The notes beneath the pieces are model-generated. The model made no database searches. It saw nothing but the letters and a program-made list of their open reading frames with translations, and was not told the origin of the DNA. Of a DNA stretch of 35,724 bases, positions 8,601 to 18,053 are shown in pieces; positions within the stretch are counted from its first letter, which is position 1, and the number at the start of each line of letters is the position of its first letter. The DNA lies in the IMG/VR virus record IMGVR_UViG_3300047449_000070, positions 1 to 35,724 of that record; one strand, 5' to 3'. The stretch comes from a virus (taxonomy: Duplodnaviria; Caudoviricetes). The translations under genes and the position numbers were made by a program.

Positions 8601-10388
8601 ATCGAACGGATGCAGACGAATCAACTGGCCACATCCGAAGAAACGGTTGAACAGCTCATCAAGGATGCAAAGAAAGCCAAAAACACAACTGTTTCAGAAG
8701 CCGAAGCTAAAAGAGATGAAATCATCCAGGAAGCAATCAGACAACGGGACGAAACCGGAAACTTGTCAGAGGAAGAAGCTCAAAAGGTTATCGATGAAGC
8801 TGAACGTGAGTATAACGAAACGGTCAAAAACGCCAACAATCGTTATGACGATGTAGTCAATATAGCTGCTGATCAAGCGCGCGATCACGGCATCATCGTC
8901 GATAGGGAAACCGGAAATGTCCTTTCTAAGTGGGAGCAATTCAAAAAAGCAGCAGATGCTATATATGAAAAAATGCGCGTATCTGCTGCCGCTAAATTTG
9001 CCGAGATTGGCTTCGACATGGCCCAAGGCATCGAAGACGGACTCAATAAAATACGTGAAGGCATCAACTGGCTCGTCGATAAACTCGGTCTACCGAACTC
9101 ATGGAAGATGGGCCGTGTGAACATTACAGGCACCACAAGCAACACAAATTCTTCCGGCTACACCAGGCTCCCGGCATACGAAGACGGCACAGACAATCAC
9201 GCTGGTGGTCTTGCCATGGTAAACGATGGAGATGGTCCGGAGCTCATCCAATCACCTGATGGGTCATGGGGGATGGCCGAAGGCAAAAACGCCTTGGTCA
9301 ATATGGAACCAGGCTCAAAGGTTATCCCAGCTGGAGAAACGCGTAAGATGTTGTCTGATATCGACCCGATGGAACCAGGGGCCGGTGGATGGCGCGATGT
9401 GCTCGGTGCTGGTGTAAGATGGGCGCAGGATAAAGTCTCGGACATATGGGGCTTTGCAACCGATCCGCAGCGCCTGGTCGGGATGGTGATGGACAAATTC
9501 GGTCTGTCACACGACTTCACAGGCACAACGGGCGCTATATTCGATGGCGTATTCGATAAGGCTGTCGATTTGATGACTGAAAGGGTCAAAGGCATGTTCG
9601 AAGCGACGACACGACCAGTCGCCGGCATACTCGACCCGAACCAGATCAGCTATGAATACGGACATACAGCCAAATATACACGTGAAACTGGACGTTACTG
9701 GCATGGCGGTGTAGACTTCCCGTTCGTTTATCAGCCGGTCCGAACACCGATCGGAGGCACAGTCACCCATCAACCGTTCGATGATGATGGTTATGGTCGC
9801 TGGCTCACTGTCCTCAATGGAAATACAAAGGTGCTATTTGCACACTTAGACTCCTATAAGGCCATGACTGGTGCAACGGTCAGTCCAGGAGATGTCGTCG
9901 GCATAAGTGGCAATACAGGCTTCAGTACAGGCCCTCACACTCACTTTGAATACCATGAAGATGGCAAACGCAAGAACCCGCGTCCGTGGCTCGAGAGTGC
10001 CTTCCGTGGTTCATTTGCCGATGGAGGCATCATCAATCAGCACGGCTTCTATGAAGGCGCTGAGGGCAACCTGGCCGAGATGGTCATCCCACTCACTAAG
10101 CCGAACAGGGCGATGGAGCTCATGCAGCAGGCAATGGCGATTATGGGGGCCAATTCCGGTTCCGGTGGTGGATTTGCAGATAGCGGAATGATTCAATTAC
10201 TCGTTGAACAGATCCGTAACCAAAAAGAAATGATTTCTCAGTATGATGAGATGATTAATGCATTAATCCACATCTCTTCGAAAGAGTGGAAGTTAGATAA
10301 ACGATCCTTGGTAGACGGCATGGCATCAGAAATGAAGAAGAAGATGGAGTATATAGCAAGAAGGGAAGGGAGATTCAATGGAACCTGA
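5646..10388 (+). CDS. Tape measure protein with C-terminal M23 peptidase
   Basis: 1580 aa, largely helical/coiled coil; HGGVDF (HxxxD) and GNTGFSTGPHTHFE (HxH) M23 motifs near 9700-9960. Confidence 0.93.
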   Translation: MANEEVRGFNIELGLDHAGVDKGLKDLQRQMKITNSEFDKNLSAFQRGEESMERYETTVEGLNKKMGVQQNIVEESKRKLDALRTTYDRQKQALEQSTRTVEDARRKYEQLNKTYGDGAKELRDSEKHLKSAETQWDKLSKSVEDAEKKYKQMTEEFGEGSKEAKAAERAYKKKSDQLLDMTRTVADTREEYNRLNQSYGKGVDELNKAGKGLESAQKDYGKLTKAVEKTSNELDKSEVSYNNAEKKLNGIRQSLDRTESKMEEFRLEQAKNNDSLVKFGRGLQDSADDLDKYGDALNNVAEKALGISTAVGAVGVFAGLGALDVAKSSTRMQNSLGLTEDAAMDLVDTAKLIYEEGFGDSLENVDSAVFQVKQNIRDLNDEDLEDITKKAIILSETFEADVNEVTRAANNLMEGFGIESTEAFDLMAYGAQNGLNFSNELFDNLSEYSTLFGHMGYDADEYFQLLQNGLDAGAYNLDYINDVMKEFQIRIKDSSDATSDAFDGLSDETQAVWRSFIEGEGTVKDVMEAVTGELSTMEDQTKANEIGVQLFGTKFEDLEADAVYALGNVDGELKNVDGTAGQMAENLENSVSQRAIGVWREAKDILLPLGEVLLDVAEGALPAFENAVETATDTIAGMEEDTLKTIGAIGGIVAVAYPSTKALGWLVKGAGPVIGVFGKMAEKFGETKVEGGKAAGKLGAFGGVLPTLAKGGSKAIPVLGAVTTAIGLVGGGFKLAYDNVGWFRDGVDMTWETLEMFSEMAMELTGITALIDMFSGLDDEMNVVKETAGIVYNNIAEGAEEAFNERIAEPFENFREMHRDAGETVDVFGGDVSEMTTLALEDYARLSEEAKLSLDDLYFSQEEATTAMYEDVQEKYRLMNEEALTKLQERRENELAELQFLFDETDSLNETERERILEKTNAHYATEEENLNSKNERIQEIINFAMETEGELTSQHYEQIERLQNDHNTTAVETLSQGEVEQQAIIERMQTNQLATSEETVEQLIKDAKKAKNTTVSEAEAKRDEIIQEAIRQRDETGNLSEEEAQKVIDEAEREYNETVKNANNRYDDVVNIAADQARDHGIIVDRETGNVLSKWEQFKKAADAIYEKMRVSAAAKFAEIGFDMAQGIEDGLNKIREGINWLVDKLGLPNSWKMGRVNITGTTSNTNSSGYTRLPAYEDGTDNHAGGLAMVNDGDGPELIQSPDGSWGMAEGKNALVNMEPGSKVIPAGETRKMLSDIDPMEPGAGGWRDVLGAGVRWAQDKVSDIWGFATDPQRLVGMVMDKFGLSHDFTGTTGAIFDGVFDKAVDLMTERVKGMFEATTRPVAGILDPNQISYEYGHTAKYTRETGRYWHGGVDFPFVYQPVRTPIGGTVTHQPFDDDGYGRWLTVLNGNTKVLFAHLDSYKAMTGATVSPGDVVGISGNTGFSTGPHTHFEYHEDGKRKNPRPWLESAFRGSFADGGIINQHGFYEGAEGNLAEMVIPLTKPNRAMELMQQAMAIMGANSGSGGGFADSGMIQLLVEQIRNQKEMISQYDEMINALIHISSKEWKLDKRSLVDGMASEMKKKMEYIARREGRFNGT

Positions 10389-11850
10389 ACGCCTCGTAGT
10401 AAATGGTGAAGTTTTAGAAAACTTGTATATCGGGAGCGACTTTGAACTCCCTTTAAACACCTTAGATATTCAGTTTGTTAGTCAGGCACGCAGGATTATT
10501 ACTCAAAAAAGCTATGCAACGTCAGACCCTATTGTCCCACTTGTATATAATAATCAAGTCGATAAATACCATATCGACGAAGTGATAGACGAAGTAACTA
10601 GGTTCTTGCAGTCCGATGATCCTGCTAAGATACAGTTTTCAGAAAAAGAATGGTATTGGGAAGGTTACATCAAGGTTCCTAATCAATTCACCTATAATGA
10701 AACACTGGACTTTTTTGTGTTTAACATTGAGTTGAAACTCACTGAAAAGTATCGTCTATCAAACACTCAATACACCAACACCGCCATCTCCGATGTTGTC
10801 GATGTGGTCAATGAAGGCACGGCAGATACAGACATGATTGTAGAAGCCACAGCCCTTGAAAACTCGACGATGTTCATGATTGCCAAAGGCGATGATGATT
10901 ACTTCATGCTTGGCAAACCGACGGATGCGTTCAAGGGCGAGGCTGATACGACGCCGACAGTGTGGATCGCTAAGGACAGCACCTTTCTCACATTCACAAA
11001 ACGACCGGAGAACACTTACGTGGGTGACAGTAACCTCACCGGTCAATATGCGACCGGCAGCATCTCCCTATCCGGCAACGTACTACAGGCGAGCTATGGT
11101 ACAACCTCGATGAATGACGTCTGGCATGGTCCGGTCTACCGGAAATCGCTCGATAATCTGGTTGATGATTTTCACACACGTAGCAGCTTCCGCATTAATC
11201 AGATCAGTGGCCATGGTGTAGGCAAATCATTCATACACCTCTACGATGATGCAGGAAATAGGGTGCTCTCCTACGGTTTGATCGACCCGACCAACCGGGG
11301 GCGTAACGTAAAAGTCGTAGTGAGGCTCTATACGTCTTCTGGTGGGTATGAGGAAATCTATTCAAGCCAAGGTTATCGATATGACAATGTATATGCTGAT
11401 CGGAGCATATGGGTGTCGGTCGATCGGGTCGGCAGCCGGTACATCGTCAAGACCTGGCACAACTACACAGAAAATGGCATCAAGAAAGTCACGGCAAGGG
11501 CACAAGTATCGTACAACGATGGAGAAGGGCTATTTGCCCGACCAATTGCGATTGGTGAAATTGCAATGGCGAGACACTCCAAATATCCAGCTGCAGATCA
11601 GGCGATGTCCTGGTCCCGTATCGAAGATGACCTGGACCTAGAGGATGTCGTCCCTTATCTAATCAAAGCAGGCGACGAGGTGCTGATTGATACCAAGCAG
11701 TCGCTGGTGCTGCTGAATGATGAGCCGATGACTAGTGAAAAGGATTTCGGTAGTAACTACTTCAAAATAGATAAAGGACTCAATCGGTTATTGATTGAGC
11801 CCCAAGGGAAGTTCGATACCACGGTTAAGTGGCATGACAGGTATTTGTAA
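10378..11850 (+). CDS. Distal tail protein (Dit), enlarged form
   Basis: Follows the TMP; VVNEGTADTDMIVEA and DFGSNYFKIDKGLN...VKWHDRYL motifs; 490 aa suggests an inserted domain. Confidence 0.82.
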   Translation: MEPERLVVNGEVLENLYIGSDFELPLNTLDIQFVSQARRIITQKSYATSDPIVPLVYNNQVDKYHIDEVIDEVTRFLQSDDPAKIQFSEKEWYWEGYIKVPNQFTYNETLDFFVFNIELKLTEKYRLSNTQYTNTAISDVVDVVNEGTADTDMIVEATALENSTMFMIAKGDDDYFMLGKPTDAFKGEADTTPTVWIAKDSTFLTFTKRPENTYVGDSNLTGQYATGSISLSGNVLQASYGTTSMNDVWHGPVYRKSLDNLVDDFHTRSSFRINQISGHGVGKSFIHLYDDAGNRVLSYGLIDPTNRGRNVKVVVRLYTSSGGYEEIYSSQGYRYDNVYADRSIWVSVDRVGSRYIVKTWHNYTENGIKKVTARAQVSYNDGEGLFARPIAIGEIAMARHSKYPAADQAMSWSRIEDDLDLEDVVPYLIKAGDEVLIDTKQSLVLLNDEPMTSEKDFGSNYFKIDKGLNRLLIEPQGKFDTTVKWHDRYL

Positions 11851-11856
11851 GTTTAA

Positions 11857-12546
11857 TCATTTACCTTTTTTATTAAATTTATCGATTTGATTCTGCATCT
11901 GTAAAAGACTATCGAATTTTTTAGGGTCTGACAACATTTCTGAAAATAGTTTTTCTTCGATAGACTCTTTTGACTTGCTGTCTTCTGATATGTGGGATAT
12001 AACGTTCTTGTTTGAGAAAATAATAGAGTTTCTAATTTCCTCTAGTTGGTCTTGGATTTTTAAAAGAGAGATATCAGTACTGTTTGTCTGTACATCGTGA
12101 TGGTCGTCGTGATGATCGTCTTCAATTTCATCTAGATTAAAGGTCTCGATTGTCTGGGTGAGTCTTTCCTTTATGCTATCGACCTTAGTTAAATCATCTG
12201 TCACATATTCAATTGTACGTAAAGTCGTAACATCAAAAGGAATAGAGTGTCCTCTTTTAACCATAGGAATTAAAGGCTTGTTTAAAGCACTTCTATAACC
12301 GAATTCATAGAAGACGTTTGGTTTGGAAAAGGTCATATCTACAATGACTAAGTCATCGTTTCTGAGATGTTCTATGATGGTTCTATCGATATTATCGACT
12401 GTGGTTAACTTATCCACTCTTATTACTTCGATTCCTAACTCATGGCAAACCGGTTCAATAAAATACTGGAGAAGAGTGTCAGAATTATTCCTTTCCTCAG
12501 ATCCTTCTTCACCAATTGGTGTTACAAAAAAACATTTTTTATCCAT
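11857..12546 (-). CDS. Nucleoside 2-deoxyribosyltransferase/TIR-like protein (accessory gene, candidate defence effector)
   Basis: KKCFFVTPIG...DLVIVDMTFSKPNVFYEFGY...IPFDV motifs; AT-rich; opposite strand; GGAGGTG RBS. Confidence 0.75.
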   Translation of the reverse strand: MDKKCFFVTPIGEEGSEERNNSDTLLQYFIEPVCHELGIEVIRVDKLTTVDNIDRTIIEHLRNDDLVIVDMTFSKPNVFYEFGYRSALNKPLIPMVKRGHSIPFDVTTLRTIEYVTDDLTKVDSIKERLTQTIETFNLDEIEDDHHDDHHDVQTNSTDISLLKIQDQLEEIRNSIIFSNKNVISHISEDSKSKESIEEKLFSEMLSDPKKFDSLLQMQNQIDKFNKKGK

Positions 12547-12572
12547 ATTTATTCACCTCCCATCTCACCCAA

Positions 12573-12581
12573 ATTATACCA
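12573..12581 (-). promoter_or_regulatory. Extended -10 promoter for the NDT-like gene
   Basis: Minus strand TGGTATAAT (TGn-TATAAT) 26 nt upstream of the ATG; no good -35. Confidence 0.55.
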
Positions 12582-12599
12582 TAAAGGATGTGATAATCA

Positions 12600-15500
12600 T
12601 TGATTCATTTGATAGATAACCGGACCGATGAAGTGCTCGGATTCATATCGGAGGATAAGTTGCTCGAAGCGACCCATGTACAGGATGCCGACTCCAAAAC
12701 GGAAACACTGGACTTCATGGTCCTCATTGAAGGGAGCGGCGTTGAGGGCTTGACTGAACGCAACCGTGCCATCTTCAAAGATGATGACGGCACCTTCCGG
12801 GAAGTCATCATCGAGAATATCGAAGACACGAATGGTGAACGGATGATCTATGCCAACGCCTCCTACCTGGAAGATTTGGATAACGCCAAACCGGTTCCGC
12901 CTAGCGGCAAAGACCAGTACACCACGAAGCAGTGGGCAGGATACGCTCTGGAGAATACCGGATGGGAGCCGGGTATCATCGAATATGATGGTTTCAGGAG
13001 CATCTCGTGGACCAGTTACAATACACCGTATGAACTGCTCACCATTATCGCCAATCATTTTGGTATGTCCTTACGCTTCAGAATTGAAGTAGAGTACAAC
13101 CGGGTGGTCGGCCGGTACGTGGACCTCGTTAAGATCAATCACCTGTTCAACGGCAAGGAGATTGTCCGAGGCAAAGACCTGGATGTATTCAAACGCTTCA
13201 TCAATACAGAGGAAATGGCTACAGCATTGTGGTGCCTCGGACCAGAACCGGCCGACGAGGAAGACCAACGTATAGAAGCTTTCCTGTATGACGACGAAGC
13301 CAATGAGAAATGGAGTAAGCCGGGGAAATACCTCTGGAAGATTTACGAATCGCAAAGTGATGATCAAAACATGACACTGGACAGACTGAGGACACTTGGA
13401 CGGACGGAGCTCAATAAACGGAAAGAGCCGAAGATTGACTATGAAATCACAGCCGTCAACTTAGGGCATTTATACGGTCATGAGAAAGTCCGAATCTATG
13501 ACAAGGTGCGCATCAAAGATGAAGAATTGAATCGATATGCCGAAGCGAACACGAAACGGATCACCCGGAACCTCCTGGATGAAACGGATCGTGTTTTTGT
13601 ATTTGGGGACATCATCGAATTCAGTCGAGAAGATCTGCGCGCTGAGTTTAAAAACATCACCAATTTACTCAGAGAGCGTCTTAAAAACGCTGAATCCAAC
13701 GCAGATCAAATCCGCATCGACCTCGAAAATCAACTTACGGAGTATGAGCGTAAGATTGAGAAGTCCGACACGGCACCGACTGAGCCGCAGGAAGGCGACT
13801 TTTGGCTCGACACTTCAAACGAAAAAGTGTCCGTATTCTATCGGTATGAAAACGGTCAATGGGTCAAGTCTTCCGCGTCAGAGGCATCAGACATAGGCGC
13901 AATCACTAGAGAACAAGCGCTCTATCAGACGCTCACAAATACGTTCGAATCCATCGCAGTGCGCCACGCTGAACTTCAGAACGAAGTCGATCGCGTGCTT
14001 TCTAGTCAGTACCTCGTCGACACAACGTTGGAGACTACGGTTTCCGACAAGCTGTCTACAGTCAACGCTATCTTCTCCGACATAGACATCCGTCTTGACG
14101 GAATGACTGCGGACACTGCAACCATCGGAGAACTGATCGATGTTCAGGCGAGAGTTGTCGACTATAGGAACGCCGTTCAAACGTTGAGTATATCGTTGAA
14201 GGACGCTCAGAAGAGCATTGAAGATCGTTTGTCATTGCTGCAATCGCAGTATAGCGATGAGAAGTTCGACGAAGCCTTAAACGGAATTGCAACGAAATTT
14301 AACCTGACGGTAGACAACGGAATGTTGATGGGTGACGTCGTTCTTGAGAGCGACCTTGAAGGCGTAAGATCTGATCTGCAAGGTAAGATTGATTCCGCAG
14401 AAACTCGCTTAGGTAACGTGGAGTCTGACGTCACTGCGGCTGAAAGACGTATTACTACTGCAGAGGCCGACATTAGCGCAGCAGAAGGCCGTCTCACAAC
14501 GGCAGAGTCCGACATCTCATCTGCGCAAACAACAATCGATGAGCACGGAACTTCTATAACGAACCATGGCACCCGGATCACTAACGTTGAAGGTGAGCTG
14601 ACTTCTAAAGCGAGTCAGACCGAGGTAGACGCTCTTGAAGGCACCGTGACCGACCATGAGACGCGTATTACGCAGAATGCTACGGATATAACTTCTAAGG
14701 CAGATAAGTCTGTCGTAGACTCATTGTCCGGCACTGTCACCGATCATGAAACCCGTATTACGCAGAATGCGACAGTCATTACGTCTAAAGCATCGCAAAC
14801 GGAAGTCGATACGATTACCGGCACTGTATCCAATCATGAGACGCGCATTTCACAAAATGCTACGGATATAACGTCTAAGGCGAGCCAGTCCGAAGTTGAT
14901 ACAATCTCCGGCACTGTGTCCGATCATGAAAGTAGGATTACGCAGAATGCGACGGAAATCAGTAGTAGGGTGACTCAGGAAGAGTTTGACGGCCTCGAAA
15001 TTGGGGGTAGGAATCTTTTTTCCGCTAGAAAATTTGTCACTGACAATTCGTATTACTACGAAGTCTCGGAAAACGGGTCTTTAGTTATTAAGAGTACAGA
15101 TGGGACTGGCGACAGTGGGTATCGTAAAATAGCAGACCTGAAACCTGAGCAGAGATATGTACTTCACTTTAATTTAGCTATGAATGATCGTTTTGATATT
15201 ATGGATGAAGAAGGGTCTGTACTGGACGTCACAAAGCATTGGTCGGACGATAGGCAATCCGTCAGATTCACGACGAACAGTTCTTCAAAGGAGATAAGAG
15301 GTAAGTTCTACCCGTATACAGGCTATGACACAGAGTACCCCGTGACTGTTGAGGTACAAATAGAAGAGGGCGACAAAAAAACCTCTTGGTCGCCTTCAGA
15401 TGAAGACCGTGACGTTCAGTTCGACGAGATTGGAGAGGCTCTCACCTCTCACGAAACCTCAATCACTCAAAACGCAGAGGCTATCACAAGCAAAGCGGAT

Positions 15501-18053
15501 AAATCGGTCGTCGACACGATCTCCGGAACAGTTTCCGATCACTCAACTACGATTTCTCAGCACGCAGATCAGATCGCAAGCAAAGCTGAGCAGACCGAAG
15601 TTGATACTATTAGCGGACAAGTTTCGAACCATGAAACACGTATCACTCAAAACGCCACTGATATTACGTCTAAGGCGAGTCAGTCCGAACTGGACTCGGT
15701 AAGCGGTACGGTCTCAGACCACGAAACTAGAATTACGCAAAATGCTACGGACATCATCTCTAAGGCGTCTCAATCGGAAGTTGACGGCATAAGCGGGACA
15801 GTCTCCGACCACACCTCCACGCTAAGTCAGCACGCAACAGAAATCGCAAGCAAGGTTTCTCAATCGGAATATGACACGGATCAATCCGGAGTCATTAGTC
15901 GTTTGAATACTGCGGACTCTGAGCGTAGTCAGATGTCGGATCAAATCTCCGATAGAGTTACGATAACTGAGTTCGAGGAAAACACTGCCGGCCTTGAAGG
16001 ACGAAATTTGGTTATAAGAGACGGCGAAATTGAAGATTCCTATATAGGAAGTTCCGGGGAGATAACAACGGGACGCACCGGAAGCAGTACGATGTCTCAG
16101 GATATACCTGTTTCCCCCGGAGAAAAGCTGACCTTTTCCAAAACATCCTCACACAGTGACAATTATTGGAGATGGAGGTGGCACGATTCCGAAGGAAGGT
16201 ACATTGACCGGGCGCCTCATAATGGCAATGAGTTTAGATGGACGGTACCTAGTAATGCCCATTTCATACGAGTGTCGTACCCGACAGCATCGGATGTGAA
16301 AATAGAAAGAGGGACTCGTAGAACTTCGTACACACAATCTCCGGAGGATATTTCAGCCAGCCTTTATCAACACGAAACGGAAATCACCCAAAACGGAGAA
16401 GAAATCGCTCTCCGCGCAACCAAGACGGACATGAACTCGGCAGATGAAACGCTGTCTCAAGTGATCTCGGAATTGCTTATCGACAGCACAAACGGTCTTG
16501 CCTACACGTACAACTCCGACGGAACGCTTACCGGGTACTCCGTTGGTGCTGGCGGCATCCGATTTAAGACGCCTCTATTCGTTATAAACGATGGGGATGT
16601 CGAAATCAGTGACGGGATGACTCGACTCAAGAATGCCGTTATTGAAGACGGTCACATTAAAAACCTCACTTTCGACGTGCTGAACGGTGGTCAAGCGACA
16701 TTCGGCGGCCCGGATAACGGTAATGGTCGATTAGTCGTACGGGATGCTTCCGGGGATGGAGACGGTATAATAGCCGACTTTAACTCCGAATCCGGTGGCG
16801 TAAGTAAGCTATCCGTCGAACGCTTGATAGTCGACGATATCCAGAACGACGAAATCCTGAAGAAGAAGGACATTGATCTCACTCTGTATATAAGAGGCTC
16901 TCAGTACGGCAGCGATGATAACGATGGCTTAACATACGACACTGGATTAGCATCCTTCCAAAAGGCAAGGGAAATGCTTCCTGACTACATCAACGGTAAC
17001 GTGGAGTGGCGCGTTCGTGGTACTTATGATCTCGAAGAAGATATAGAGATCTCGGGACTGAACGGTACTGGAAGTCTTAGGATTGTCGGAATCCAAAACG
17101 ATGACACTGAATGGGAGACCAATCTTAAAGTACACCTAGAAATAAAAAACAACTTCCTGCCTCTCACCATCGACAAAATGCGTGTTCAGGGCGGTATTGA
17201 CTCCGGTAACGTATTGTTTGTAAGCAACAGCTACGTAGACATTTCAGATGTTTACATGAACGGTGCTTCGAACACAACTACCGGACTCCGTGTAGAACGC
17301 GGCGGAAAAGTCACTTGGCATACCGGGGAAGTCACGAACGTCACACGGGGAGTTTGGGTAGAGGACGCAGGGTCTTCCGCTAACCTTGAGTTTGTCGGAG
17401 GACGAGCGAGCATTTACGGCTTGGTAGCATACATCGGCGGAAGAATTACAGGTCGCGGAGAGTCCATAGCCGGAGACTCCTCCAACGTAATTGAAGGGCG
17501 AGGCGGAATCGCGCATACCGGAGACATGACCTTCCCTAGCGTTACGGCTCCGGCACCTGAAGAGACTACGACGACTCATAAAAAGATATACGAGCCGTTC
17601 GACTCTAACCATACTGCAAACGGAGTTTGGCAGACTAATTCGTCTTGGCAAAAAGGATACCCGAAACAAGGTAACGCGTGGAACAACTCTACGTATTTTG
17701 AGGGCATGTGGTTCTTCGGAAACCAGTTCGATGAACTTAACGGCAAGACGATAAAAAGGATCCGAGTGTATATGCACCGGGCGAGTGAGCACGGCAACAG
17801 CGGTCGCGTAAACATTTACTTGAAAATGGCGGGGAACAGCTACGAAAGCTCCGGAAGCCCAACATTAGGAAGTTCGGTAAAAGCTATCCCACTTGCTTGG
17901 AGTGAGGGCGGATGGTTCGACGTAACTAGCACGTTCAAGGACGTCATAACTGGAACGGCTTGGGACAGCTTCGGCATCGAATCCCCTAACAGCGATTCCT
18001 ATTACGCGATGATGAGTAAGGCATTTAAAGTGGAGGTGACGTATGAAGACTAA
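12600..18053 (+). CDS. Tal/minor tail protein fused to a long fibre and putative receptor-binding domains
   Basis: N-terminal phage endopeptidase-tail-like region (EIVRGKDL...TALWCLGP); PTEPQEGDFWLDTS motif; coiled-coil repeats; GRNL modules; C-terminal beta-helix-like region; TTG start. Confidence 0.85.
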   Translation: MIHLIDNRTDEVLGFISEDKLLEATHVQDADSKTETLDFMVLIEGSGVEGLTERNRAIFKDDDGTFREVIIENIEDTNGERMIYANASYLEDLDNAKPVPPSGKDQYTTKQWAGYALENTGWEPGIIEYDGFRSISWTSYNTPYELLTIIANHFGMSLRFRIEVEYNRVVGRYVDLVKINHLFNGKEIVRGKDLDVFKRFINTEEMATALWCLGPEPADEEDQRIEAFLYDDEANEKWSKPGKYLWKIYESQSDDQNMTLDRLRTLGRTELNKRKEPKIDYEITAVNLGHLYGHEKVRIYDKVRIKDEELNRYAEANTKRITRNLLDETDRVFVFGDIIEFSREDLRAEFKNITNLLRERLKNAESNADQIRIDLENQLTEYERKIEKSDTAPTEPQEGDFWLDTSNEKVSVFYRYENGQWVKSSASEASDIGAITREQALYQTLTNTFESIAVRHAELQNEVDRVLSSQYLVDTTLETTVSDKLSTVNAIFSDIDIRLDGMTADTATIGELIDVQARVVDYRNAVQTLSISLKDAQKSIEDRLSLLQSQYSDEKFDEALNGIATKFNLTVDNGMLMGDVVLESDLEGVRSDLQGKIDSAETRLGNVESDVTAAERRITTAEADISAAEGRLTTAESDISSAQTTIDEHGTSITNHGTRITNVEGELTSKASQTEVDALEGTVTDHETRITQNATDITSKADKSVVDSLSGTVTDHETRITQNATVITSKASQTEVDTITGTVSNHETRISQNATDITSKASQSEVDTISGTVSDHESRITQNATEISSRVTQEEFDGLEIGGRNLFSARKFVTDNSYYYEVSENGSLVIKSTDGTGDSGYRKIADLKPEQRYVLHFNLAMNDRFDIMDEEGSVLDVTKHWSDDRQSVRFTTNSSSKEIRGKFYPYTGYDTEYPVTVEVQIEEGDKKTSWSPSDEDRDVQFDEIGEALTSHETSITQNAEAITSKADKSVVDTISGTVSDHSTTISQHADQIASKAEQTEVDTISGQVSNHETRITQNATDITSKASQSELDSVSGTVSDHETRITQNATDIISKASQSEVDGISGTVSDHTSTLSQHATEIASKVSQSEYDTDQSGVISRLNTADSERSQMSDQISDRVTITEFEENTAGLEGRNLVIRDGEIEDSYIGSSGEITTGRTGSSTMSQDIPVSPGEKLTFSKTSSHSDNYWRWRWHDSEGRYIDRAPHNGNEFRWTVPSNAHFIRVSYPTASDVKIERGTRRTSYTQSPEDISASLYQHETEITQNGEEIALRATKTDMNSADETLSQVISELLIDSTNGLAYTYNSDGTLTGYSVGAGGIRFKTPLFVINDGDVEISDGMTRLKNAVIEDGHIKNLTFDVLNGGQATFGGPDNGNGRLVVRDASGDGDGIIADFNSESGGVSKLSVERLIVDDIQNDEILKKKDIDLTLYIRGSQYGSDDNDGLTYDTGLASFQKAREMLPDYINGNVEWRVRGTYDLEEDIEISGLNGTGSLRIVGIQNDDTEWETNLKVHLEIKNNFLPLTIDKMRVQGGIDSGNVLFVSNSYVDISDVYMNGASNTTTGLRVERGGKVTWHTGEVTNVTRGVWVEDAGSSANLEFVGGRASIYGLVAYIGGRITGRGESIAGDSSNVIEGRGGIAHTGDMTFPSVTAPAPEETTTTHKKIYEPFDSNHTANGVWQTNSSWQKGYPKQGNAWNNSTYFEGMWFFGNQFDELNGKTIKRIRVYMHRASEHGNSGRVNIYLKMAGNSYESSGSPTLGSSVKAIPLAWSEGGWFDVTSTFKDVITGTAWDSFGIESPNSDSYYAMMSKAFKVEVTYED
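14601..14960 (+). repeat. 90-bp (30-aa) tandem repeat, block 1 (about 4 units)
   Basis: AC(T/G)TCTAA(A/G)G recurs at 14601, 14691, 14781 and 14871; unit TSKASQxEVDxxSGTVxDHETRITQNATDI. Confidence 0.9.
15445..15870 (+). repeat. 90-bp (30-aa) tandem repeat, block 2 (about 4.5 units)
   Basis: I-x-S-K codons recur near 15484, 15574, 15664, 15754 and 15844. Confidence 0.88.

Noticed and set aside
5693-9773. Many alternative-frame and antisense ORFs within the tape measure gene, including 246 aa at 7106-7846
   Set aside because: Expected shadow ORFs from codon bias.
14601-15870. 90-bp repeats as a CRISPR array or DGR template/variable repeats
   Set aside because: In-frame protein repeats with mostly synonymous divergence; no spacers, no evident adenine-specific pattern and no reverse transcriptase in the window.
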